From the IMG/VR virus record IMGVR_UViG_3300020045_006119, positions 1-44,247 of that record: a stretch of 44,247 nt of DNA; one strand, given 5' to 3'. Origin of the DNA: a virus. Its lineage: Duplodnaviria > Caudoviricetes. The position numbers and the translations under genes were made by a program. This document shows, one piece after another, positions 25,081 through 32,559 of the stretch (within the stretch, counting starts at the first letter, position 1; every line of letters starts with the position of its first letter). Below the pieces are notes generated by a model that did no database searches, was not told where the DNA came from, and worked only from the letters and a program-made list of their open reading frames with translations.

Positions 25081-25716
25081 ATGACTCATAAATCTGTCAT
25101 ATCACAATACATTGTACAAAACACCACGGACGAACCGACAACAACCGCCAAACTGTGCGAATACATTGAAGCGCAAAATGATGTTAGCGTCGATCTACAG
25201 AACTTTTATAATGTGGTTTGGAATATCGACACTGCGCAGGGCGTTTGGCTGGATATGTGGGGCGTATGGGTGGGCGTTGGCAGGTTTTTAAATATCCCTA
25301 GTCTGTCTACCTTTTTCGGCTTTGACTATGCGGGCGCGGGCAACTTTGACCGCTCTGTATTTTATGAATATGGAAACACTACTAATAATTTTGCGCTAAC
25401 CGATGCGGTGTATAGTAGACTAATTTTATTAAAAGCGTTTGCCAATATTTCAGACTGTTCAATCGCCACACTGAATAAAATCCTCACAACATTTTTTGAG
25501 GGACGCAGGGCATACGCCATTGATAACGAAAACATGACCATCACTTTAAACTTTGAATTTACATTATTGGCATGGGAAAAGGCGATTATTGAACAATCGG
25601 GGGTTTTCCCGAAACCCGCTGGTGTGCGGTTTATTTACACGAATTATATCCCTGCTAAAATGTTTAGTTTCGACGGCGCAGGGCAAACTTTTGATAACGG
25701 TTACATGAGTATTTAA
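25081..25716 (+). CDS. Baseplate protein (DUF2612-type)
   Basis: SQY, W.IDTA.G..LD.WG..VG..R, L.D..Y..L...KA..NI and P.PAGV motifs. Confidence 0.85.
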   Translation: MTHKSVISQYIVQNTTDEPTTTAKLCEYIEAQNDVSVDLQNFYNVVWNIDTAQGVWLDMWGVWVGVGRFLNIPSLSTFFGFDYAGAGNFDRSVFYEYGNTTNNFALTDAVYSRLILLKAFANISDCSIATLNKILTTFFEGRRAYAIDNENMTITLNFEFTLLAWEKAIIEQSGVFPKPAGVRFIYTNYIPAKMFSFDGAGQTFDNGYMSI

Positions 25717-25717
25717 C

Positions 25718-27004
25718 ATGACAAAACGAATTATTACCGCGTTTGCAAACAGCGGCACAAAGAACACAATACCCGACACCGCACCCGGTTCTGATGACGG
25801 GTTCGCCAATTACCCAAACGGATTCCCAGTGTCAAACAGTATTGATCCTGCACTGGGGGGATCGTATGTAAAACGCGCGGATTTTAACGGCGCAATGTAT
25901 GACGTAACCAGCATCTTAAAAGACCAAGCGCATGGATTGATTTATGCCTATGACGCAACCTATGCAACAGCAATCAGTGGTTATCCTGTAGCAGCCATTT
26001 TATCAAAAGTGGGCGGTGTTGGTTTTTGGCTAAACACTACAGCGGGAAACGCAACAAACCCAGACACGGGCGGCGCGGGCTGGGTGGACTTTTCGCCAAA
26101 ATCAATTCAAAACAATTTGAACAACCACGCCACAGCAGGCGGCTCAGCGGATGCAATAACGGCAACATACGCGCCCGCTTATGCGGCGTGGATTGATGGT
26201 ATGACGTTTTTTGTCAAATTGACAGCGGCAAATACAACGACTACACCAACTGTAAGCCCCAATGGATTAACAGCAAAAACGATTGTTAAAGGTGGCGGTA
26301 CAGCACTATCTGTTGGCGACCAAGCCGTGGGGATGATTGCTGAGTACAAATACAATTCGACGCTCGATAAAGTCATCCTGCAAAACCCACAAAACGCGGG
26401 GCGGTTAATCGGTCAACAATCATTTTTAACCGCAGGAACGTTCGCTTATACCCCCACAGCAGGAACGACTTTTGTTATTGTTGAAGCAGTCGGCGGAGGT
26501 GGGTCTTCTAATAGCTGGACTTCTGCCGTTCCTGCTGGGTATGTTGTTCTTTGCCCGCCAGCCGCGCCGGGGGCATACGGAAAGGGTAAATATACAACGG
26601 GATTTTCTGGTGTGACTGTTACAGTCGGTGCAGGTGGCGTTGTTCCTGCTACTGGGTTAATAACAGGCGGGACAGGCGGGACAACAAGTTTTGGCGCATT
26701 AATGACGTGTGCTGGAGGTGTGGGCGGAACACCCGTAACATCTAATGTTTTTCCATATAACACGGCGGTTGTTGTTGATACTGCCGCCCCAAGTGGTGCA
26801 AATATCTGCTCATCTGTCGGTGTTGCAGGCGGGCAAGGTCTAGCGGTAGGAACGGTGTACGGTAACGGTGTAGCCACTGCTTGCCAATCTGCGTTCCCTG
26901 CCACTAACGGCAATGGGGCAATAGGATTATTATTAAGTCCGGGCGGGTCAAGCGCGGGTTATGCTGGTAAAGCTGGTGGTGTAATTATATGGGAGTATGC
27001 GTAA
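25718..27004 (+). CDS. Tail fiber protein
   Basis: FA..G.KN.IP...GFP...GG....DFNG N-terminus; glycine-rich C-terminal domain ending G.IIWEY. Confidence 0.85.
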   Translation: MTKRIITAFANSGTKNTIPDTAPGSDDGFANYPNGFPVSNSIDPALGGSYVKRADFNGAMYDVTSILKDQAHGLIYAYDATYATAISGYPVAAILSKVGGVGFWLNTTAGNATNPDTGGAGWVDFSPKSIQNNLNNHATAGGSADAITATYAPAYAAWIDGMTFFVKLTAANTTTTPTVSPNGLTAKTIVKGGGTALSVGDQAVGMIAEYKYNSTLDKVILQNPQNAGRLIGQQSFLTAGTFAYTPTAGTTFVIVEAVGGGGSSNSWTSAVPAGYVVLCPPAAPGAYGKGKYTTGFSGVTVTVGAGGVVPATGLITGGTGGTTSFGALMTCAGGVGGTPVTSNVFPYNTAVVVDTAAPSGANICSSVGVAGGQGLAVGTVYGNGVATACQSAFPATNGNGAIGLLLSPGGSSAGYAGKAGGVIIWEYA

Positions 27005-27411
27005 TGAGTAGATTTGCGAGACTAAACGGCGGTACAGCTATAGAGATTATTGAGTGTGACGACATTGAGAGCTGTTTTCATCCTGATTTTGTGGCGGCGT
27101 TGGTCGCTGTTGATGAAACGGTGTTGCAAGGCATGGCGTTAATTGACGGGGTATTTTGTGCAGCTAAGCAGACTATTATCGACCCTAGAGAGGGCATGGT
27201 TATCAGTAAAGTTAAGGCAATGCAGAACCTTAAAAAAGTTGGCAAGCTGAATCTTGTTTTAGATTTAATGGACGCATTACCGCGTGATAACGATGTTCGT
27301 ATTTTGTGGGATTTTAGCGAGAATTTGCACAGAACCGATCCAACTCTGATTGATTTTTGTATCAGCAAAATGGGCTTAGATGACGAGGGAATTGACAATC
27401 TTTTTTTGTAA
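27004..27411 (+). CDS. Putative tail fiber assembly protein
   Basis: Follows the fiber; FHP motif; W.....R.DP......G.....ID.LF C-terminus. Confidence 0.65.
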   Translation: MSRFARLNGGTAIEIIECDDIESCFHPDFVAALVAVDETVLQGMALIDGVFCAAKQTIIDPREGMVISKVKAMQNLKKVGKLNLVLDLMDALPRDNDVRILWDFSENLHRTDPTLIDFCISKMGLDDEGIDNLFL

Positions 27412-27418
27412 CTACGTT

Positions 27419-27449
27419 GCCACACATCACTAAAAGCGATGTGTGGCGT
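27419..27449. terminator. Strong hairpin between convergent transcription units
   Basis: GCCACACATC...GATGTGTGGC inverted repeat; no clear U tract. Confidence 0.5.
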
Positions 27450-27495
27450 ATTGGGTGGGATTTATTTAAAACACCGCTTAGGCTTGCTTAGGCGG

Positions 27496-27885
27496 TTATT
27501 TGAGCATGGATTTAGCTTTTTCAAGTCTCAAAAAAGAGCCGTGACTATTAAACATTCCAGCTTTTCTTTTTTCCCAGTACAAAACACCAAAAACATTTTC
27601 ATTATTCCAATGTTTTCGTATTTCGCTTAAGTAAAGTTTTCTATCGTGAGACAACATAGCGCAAATATCCCGCGCTTCTTTGCTTCCTTTGCGGGGTGTG
27701 CGAATTGTTTTAATAAATTGCCGTCCTAGCGTCCCTGTTGTTCCATCTGTCATGACACTTAAAACTCTATCATTTAATCTTATTTTTACTGGGAAATGCC
27801 CCCAGTTATTTATACTAAACACAATACCTTTTTCTTTGGTTGTAAGTACAACCATATCCCCAACTTCAAACGGTCGATTAGCCAT
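27496..27885 (-). CDS. Hypothetical protein
   Basis: SD AAGGGG before ATG 27885; F.VGD.V motif. Confidence 0.65.
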   Translation of the reverse strand: MANRPFEVGDMVVLTTKEKGIVFSINNWGHFPVKIRLNDRVLSVMTDGTTGTLGRQFIKTIRTPRKGSKEARDICAMLSHDRKLYLSEIRKHWNNENVFGVLYWEKRKAGMFNSHGSFLRLEKAKSMLK

Positions 27886-28069
27886 TTTTACCCCCTTTAT
27901 AAGCCGATTTATTAAGATGTTCCCATGGCATTTTTTTACTAGCAATTGGGTCTATTTGTGACATATATTTATTTTTAAAATTCTTGATATTCATTGTGTT
28001 TCGCCCAACGCCTATGGCACTGCAAAATTCCAACGAATCTAACGCCATTTGTGTTAACGGTCTAGCCAT
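27878..28069 (-). CDS. Hypothetical protein
   Basis: SD AGGGG; 8-nt overlaps at both ends. Confidence 0.6.
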   Translation of the reverse strand: MARPLTQMALDSLEFCSAIGVGRNTMNIKNFKNKYMSQIDPIASKKMPWEHLNKSAYKGGKNG

Positions 28070-28400
28070 TATTAACCCCTTGTTTGCTTGCTAAATAGCA
28101 GCGCAGGACTGCTTGATTGATTGTGTTGCCTTGAGCTTCTACAAATAAATATTTTTCGCTTTTTGTTGAAACCCAATTATTTATATTTTTATCAAATAAA
28201 ACGCTTATTTTTTCACGCGCCATAATTTCAAGCAGTTGGTTTCCGTCTCGCGATGGGTGATAGTCAGCAACATCAATTACATATTTTCCCTGATTTGCCC
28301 AGTACGGTATAAGTATTGCGTTTTGTGTCCACCCTTGAGCAACCGCAACCGCACAATCAAGCTCATCATCGGTTAATGCCATTATTTCATCGGGTGTCAT
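28062..28400 (-). CDS. ninX: NinX-family (DUF2591-like) protein
   Basis: L...ELD.AVA.A.G, Y.PS.D..Q...I..REKIS and A.LRCY.ASK pattern. Confidence 0.7.
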   Translation of the reverse strand: MTPDEIMALTDDELDCAVAVAQGWTQNAILIPYWANQGKYVIDVADYHPSRDGNQLLEIMAREKISVLFDKNINNWVSTKSEKYLFVEAQGNTINQAVLRCYLASKQGVNNG

Positions 28401-28570
28401 TTTTCATCCTCAAAAAACGGCTTTATTTCAGTGTACAAAGAGTCCAATTGAGCGTGGTTAATAATAATATCGACCCCGCCAAAAATTATTGATACCCCGC
28501 CTATTTCATCAATGACAACAGCAATATTTGCATCATCGTCATCCGATATGTTTACTGTTACGTCAGTCAT
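28397..28570 (-). CDS. Hypothetical protein (57 aa)
   Basis: MTDVTVNISDDDD...PFFEDEK; ATGA overlaps at both ends. Confidence 0.6.
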   Translation of the reverse strand: MTDVTVNISDDDDANIAVVIDEIGGVSIIFGGVDIIINHAQLDSLYTEIKPFFEDEK

Positions 28571-28722
28571 TTTGCCGCCTTTATATCAAACATAACAAAC
28601 ATCACGATAAAGGCATCAAGTCCACCAAAAATAAAAAATAACTCAGGAATTGCAATAACTTTATGAGCTATAAAAGAAAGTGTAATTGATACGATACACG
28701 CTAATAAAAATCTAATTGTCAT
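28567..28722 (-). CDS. Two-TM membrane protein (51 aa)
   Basis: MTIRFLLACIVSITLSFIAH...FIVMFVMFDIKAAK; ATGA overlaps. Confidence 0.6.
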   Translation of the reverse strand: MTIRFLLACIVSITLSFIAHKVIAIPELFFIFGGLDAFIVMFVMFDIKAAK

Positions 28723-29252
28723 TTTGCCGCCTTTGGGTATTTCATTCGCAAATTTTCTGAACTCACATTTGCATAGCCGTTTTTTAACTCTACTTTGTGC
28801 GTGTGTAATATCTCACTATAACCGTGATATTTTAAAGCGGGTTGCCAAGTGCCATTTGAAAGAACTTCCACAACATCACCCGCAATCGCCCGATCAATAT
28901 CAAACGGCAGGGCGGCTGAGGTTTTGCGTCTAATACTGACACCTTGATCGATAGAGCATAAAACAGACAAATTACTGACAATTAAATCTAATTCGTTAGC
29001 AGATTCCCACATCAAATAAGCATCCGAGCCATAAAAAGACACATCATGTTCGAACAGTTCGGGCAGTGGTTTTAATGCAAAATACCCATAACCATCATCT
29101 TCCTTCATTAGCGTCATAGCAAAATCACTAACATTTTTACACCCATCTCTTAGTTTTAGCTTGTCAATACGCCACCCCTTTAGTGCAAATCTATGCCACC
29201 ACTCACTGCCAAACGCATCAATTGCGTCTTTTACTGCTTGCTCAATGTTCAT
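28719..29252 (-). CDS. Hypothetical protein
   Basis: SD AGGTG; PFD..RA.AG..V and LRM motifs. Confidence 0.7.
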   Translation of the reverse strand: MNIEQAVKDAIDAFGSEWWHRFALKGWRIDKLKLRDGCKNVSDFAMTLMKEDDGYGYFALKPLPELFEHDVSFYGSDAYLMWESANELDLIVSNLSVLCSIDQGVSIRRKTSAALPFDIDRAIAGDVVEVLSNGTWQPALKYHGYSEILHTHKVELKNGYANVSSENLRMKYPKAAK

Positions 29253-29614
29253 TTTGACACCTGCGGAAGTGGTAGCCATTTTTTAAAAACAATGCGAGTG
29301 TTATGATCATCAATAAACTCATCGTCTAAATATCGTTTTGCACGTTTAATTTCACCAGTACAATTTTCTATCACTAAAAACCAGCCATCATGCGGCGCGT
29401 CTTTCATATCCTGCCAAGGCATGAACTCCCACATTTCGGCGGCGGTTAGTGGGGTTAGTTCATCAATATCAAAATCAGTTTGAGATACACAGTCATCAAC
29501 AACCATGCCGCCAAACTGTGACTTACCCATTATTCTAACAATCGACCCGCTTGATTTTTCTTTGCACAACACCCCACCAGCGGGGATGTTTTCGTGCCAT
29601 TTTTTCTCGTTCAT
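29249..29614 (-). CDS. Hypothetical protein with DUF551-like C-terminus
   Basis: WQ.M..AP.DG...W.PLP motif; SD AAGGTG. Confidence 0.65.
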   Translation of the reverse strand: MNEKKWHENIPAGGVLCKEKSSGSIVRIMGKSQFGGMVVDDCVSQTDFDIDELTPLTAAEMWEFMPWQDMKDAPHDGWFLVIENCTGEIKRAKRYLDDEFIDDHNTRIVFKKWLPLPQVSK

Positions 29615-30170
29615 AAATCCACCTTAAAAATATCAACCGTTTTATTGTCTTTGACACTATGACCACGCCATCTATCGTTACTTGGCAGACTTTTGGGCGT
29701 AGGCGGTACTGATAAAACTCATCAAAATCTGGAATACCGCATTTTTCAATATCCCAGTCTATCCATACGTTATCTAGTGCGGACACTTGCCACCGCTTTT
29801 TATCCTCATCACTGCACTGGTGAAACTCAATGATTTTTCCCCAGTGAGGATTTAGTCGGTAATCGTAGTTGTCCGTATTGATAAAATCGCAGTTGTGCGT
29901 CCAGTTCTGCCATTCGCTTCCGATTTTATGCTCTTTGTACTGAAAACATCTGTACCAATAGTTGCTAAGTAATTTTAATTCGTTAGCCTTTACAATCAGA
30001 GCGGCATTGGGGTTTGGTATATTCATCACTGGCATAATGCCAATCATGCAATTTATAACTATGCCGCTTTTATCATCAAAAACGTGCGTTGTAATGTCAC
30101 CCGCGCCCGCGCTTAAAAGTGTGTAATCGTCTGGAACATCTACTTCAAAAGTTAATACTTGCTTACTCAT
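29535..30170 (-). CDS. Hypothetical protein
   Basis: SD GGAG; two W...YR..P repeats; C-terminus overlaps the next gene by 80 nt. Confidence 0.6.
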   Translation of the reverse strand: MSKQVLTFEVDVPDDYTLLSAGAGDITTHVFDDKSGIVINCMIGIMPVMNIPNPNAALIVKANELKLLSNYWYRCFQYKEHKIGSEWQNWTHNCDFINTDNYDYRLNPHWGKIIEFHQCSDEDKKRWQVSALDNVWIDWDIEKCGIPDFDEFYQYRLRPKVCQVTIDGVVIVSKTIKRLIFLRWIYEREKMARKHPRWWGVVQRKIKRVDC

Positions 30171-30357
30171 CACTTTCTCCAATTTCTCTAAAAATCATGT
30201 CTCGGTTGTTAGTACATGATGCGGCTATGAGTCCATCGACTAAGCCATCATCAGGACATACTCTGCCTAAAAAATAACAGTTTTTACACGGGTTACTATC
30301 GGCAACAACAACCTGCTCCATCTCAAGCATAACCCCATCGGGTAATTTATCGCTCAT
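30163..30357 (-). CDS. Small Cys-motif protein
   Basis: CKNCYF...C...SC...IFRE; SD AGGTG. Confidence 0.65.
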   Translation of the reverse strand: MSDKLPDGVMLEMEQVVVADSNPCKNCYFLGRVCPDDGLVDGLIAASCTNNRDMIFREIGESDE

Positions 30358-30443
30358 TTCACACCTGCCGCTTGCAAAGCTCTTAAGTTAAAAATACTTG
30401 TTGTAATTTTGTGCCAGATTGGTTTTTCGCTACGTCTCTTAAT
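30354..30443 (-). CDS. Possible ATT-initiated 29-aa first ORF of the leftward early operon
   Basis: SD AAGGGG, 6 nt, ATT; its TGA overlaps ATG 30357. Confidence 0.35.
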   Translation of the reverse strand: MKRRSEKPIWHKITTSIFNLRALQAAGVK

Positions 30444-30482
30444 TTTATACCCCTTGTTAAAATTTACCGTTTCGGCAGTGAA

Positions 30483-30510
30483 ATAATAGCATGATGGTTT
30501 TTAATGTCAA
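30483..30510 (-). promoter_or_regulatory. Leftward sigma70 promoter
   Basis: TTGACA, 16 bp (ending TGC), TATTAT on the minus strand. Confidence 0.7.
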
Positions 30511-30591
30511 ACAAATTTGTAAATAAAAAATAAATAAAATGTAAATAAACTTGTGCTATTATATGACATCGTTAAACAAAAGGATAGCAAC

Positions 30592-30807
30592 ATGAAGAAA
30601 GTTAGAAGGTACAAGGGATTGAAGCTGGTACGTTATATTTTTGAAAGCTGGGTTGTGGTAGCGGAAATTCTTGGAATTGAGCGTCAAAACATTTCAAACT
30701 GGAAAAAATACGATTCTGTGCCAGTGAAACACCGCGCTAAAATTGTCGAGGAAGCAGCAAAGCGTGGTTATGACATTACCGAGCAACAACTGAGAGGTTT
30801 AAAATGA
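30592..30807 (+). CDS. Cro-like HTH transcriptional regulator
   Basis: VAEILGIERQNISNWKK...VP motif; SD AAGGA; upstream TGCTATTAT at 30554-30562. Confidence 0.8.
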   Translation: MKKVRRYKGLKLVRYIFESWVVVAEILGIERQNISNWKKYDSVPVKHRAKIVEEAAKRGYDITEQQLRGLK

Positions 30808-31022
30808 ATAAACAATACCAGCATAACGAACAATTTAAGCGAATTTTGAGACGATTTAAAAACAGAATGGCGCGGGGCAATTGCTTAGGAAAAACCACCA
30901 GATTTATACATAAGCAAGCACAAAAACACAGGAAACCTATGCAGCCTTATTGTCTTAATCGCGTGTATTTATGGCAAGCTACAAAAGGTAATTGTTTTTT
31001 TAGACAGAGGGGTATGAGGTGA
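30804..31022 (+). CDS. Basic hypothetical protein
   Basis: SD GAGG; ATGA overlap. Confidence 0.55.
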   Translation: MNKQYQHNEQFKRILRRFKNRMARGNCLGKTTRFIHKQAQKHRKPMQPYCLNRVYLWQATKGNCFFRQRGMR

Positions 31023-31246
31023 GCAAAATTAAATTTTTTCCAGCAAAAACCATTTTCGACGTTAATGCAATGGATCAAAATCAAGTATTGCAAGGGTACA
31101 TTGCAGGCTATGCAGGTCAACCACAGCCTACAGATAGCAGGGATAAATGGCACGGGTGGCGCAATGGCATGGCAGACAGCGGTAGAATGGAAATAGACGA
31201 CTCACAGCGTAGCGTTGCGCGACAAAGTGTTTGGGGTGGACGATGA
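31019..31246 (+). CDS. Hypothetical protein
   Basis: GY..GY.G.P.P......HGWRNG..D motif; GTGA overlap. Confidence 0.65.
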   Translation: MSKIKFFPAKTIFDVNAMDQNQVLQGYIAGYAGQPQPTDSRDKWHGWRNGMADSGRMEIDDSQRSVARQSVWGGR

Positions 31247-31434
31247 GTAACATCAAACAAATTTTTTATAGACGATTTAGCGCTGAAAAAATACACGCGA
31301 TGATGCAGAGTAATCATGACCTGAAATTTCATCACTTGAACAGACGCTTAAGGCATCGGACACCGCGCGGTAAATGCTTTGTTCGGCTGTTGAAGCTGGA
31401 CAAAGAAACCAAACATTTTTGGAGTATTGAATGA
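31243..31434 (+). CDS. Basic hypothetical protein
   Basis: ATGA overlaps at both ends. Confidence 0.5.
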   Translation: MSNIKQIFYRRFSAEKIHAMMQSNHDLKFHHLNRRLRHRTPRGKCFVRLLKLDKETKHFWSIE

Positions 31435-31535
31435 AAAAACTACTACTTAACATTTTTGTCTACACACTTGCCGCGCTTGTTTTCTGTATCGCTTTGCCAC
31501 TTCTTTATTGGCATGAGCAAGCAAAGGCGGTATAA
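31431..31535 (+). CDS. Small TM peptide (34 aa)
   Basis: SD GGAG; MKKLLLNIFVYTLAALVFCIALPLLYWHEQAKAV. Confidence 0.5.
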   Translation: MKKLLLNIFVYTLAALVFCIALPLLYWHEQAKAV

Positions 31536-31539
31536 TCAC

Positions 31540-31676
31540 GGCTCACATATCCGTGTGCCACTCTCAGAACTCAACACTGTAAAAGTTGAAACTAGACAAA
31601 GCATTTAAATATAAGTCTTTGTCGTAAAAGATAAGAATAAATTAAACCGCCTTGTTGCAAAACTGGGCGGTTTTTT
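31540..31676 (+). ncRNA. Putative multi-hairpin small RNA
   Basis: TTGGCA-17-TATAAT promoter (31508-31536); three hairpins then a terminator; no SD-led ORF. Confidence 0.45.
31644..31676 (+). terminator. Intrinsic terminator between convergent units
   Basis: AAACCGCC...GGCGGTTTTTT. Confidence 0.8.
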
Positions 31677-31681
31677 ATTGC

Positions 31682-32155
31682 CTATCGTTTTGATAATTTG
31701 CTTTTAATATGCCCCCACTGCGAACCGCACGACCGACAACAGCATGACTGCCTACGATTCTTTCTGTCCTTTGCAAATGTGTTGAGGCAGTTAGGGTTAG
31801 CACAATGAGCGACAACAGGCTCGACTTTTACTATTTGCCTTTCTTCCCTGCCTTTTTTCAGGTGCGGCAGGTTATGCCGTGCTAAGCAACCGATAGAGCA
31901 GAACCGTTTTTGCATGGCGTTTAATGGATTATCACATTGTTCGCATCGGCGCGTATTGGCATCCACAAAATTGTGATTGCGCAGAAAATCAGCTTCCATT
32001 TTTGCCTGTTCAATTTCCGTTTGAAATCGAATTCCGCTTGGAGTTTGGATTTTAACGCGGTCTAATACGGTGGCTGTGTGTGCTAATAATCCAGCATAGA
32101 TTATGCCCACGTTTGGGCGTTGGCTTTGGTATTGTGTTATGTGATTCATATTCAA
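31682..32155 (-). CDS. Hypothetical protein with two Cys4-type zinc-binding motifs
   Basis: CEQC...RFCSIGC and CANPNC...CCCRSC. Confidence 0.65.
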   Translation of the reverse strand: MNMNHITQYQSQRPNVGIIYAGLLAHTATVLDRVKIQTPSGIRFQTEIEQAKMEADFLRNHNFVDANTRRCEQCDNPLNAMQKRFCSIGCLARHNLPHLKKGREERQIVKVEPVVAHCANPNCLNTFAKDRKNRRQSCCCRSCGSQWGHIKSKLSKR

Positions 32156-32556
32156 AACTCGCTCAAATAGTTAATAATCTCGCGCTTTGCGTCAAGCCAC
32201 GACCAACAAACTACGCACCGATACCCTAGCGGTTCATGATGCCAGATAAAATCCTGTTGTTCTTTGCTTGGCTTATTGCGTCCATATTTCAGCTCTATTG
32301 CTAATCCGTGATAACCGTTTGACGGGTACAGTAGCAGTAAATCGAGAACGCCTTTTTTTAATCCTGTGCGCTGCATAGTGACCGCCGTTGATCCCGAACG
32401 TTTTCCGCCATTCGGCACGGCAAACAGCCATTTAAGCATGGGGTATTTAATCATTACTTCCTTTGACTCAGACCACGATATTAAAGCGGATTGGTGATCG
32501 TCTTCACTGGTTAATGTTTCAATTGGGCGCAGGTGGTACGGTATTTTTATTGCCAT
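32152..32556 (-). CDS. VRR-NUC domain nuclease
   Basis: E..HQ, FAVPNGGKR, G.K.GV.DL and IELK......S.EQ PD-(D/E)XK pattern. Confidence 0.88.
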   Translation of the reverse strand: MAIKIPYHLRPIETLTSEDDHQSALISWSESKEVMIKYPMLKWLFAVPNGGKRSGSTAVTMQRTGLKKGVLDLLLLYPSNGYHGLAIELKYGRNKPSKEQQDFIWHHEPLGYRCVVCWSWLDAKREIINYLSEF

Positions 32557-32559
32557 TTT

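Noticed and set aside
29535-29614. Programmed frameshift explaining the 80-nt gene overlap
   Set aside because: No supporting slippery site with a sensible alternative product was identified; a deletion or lost stop is simpler and cannot be resolved here.
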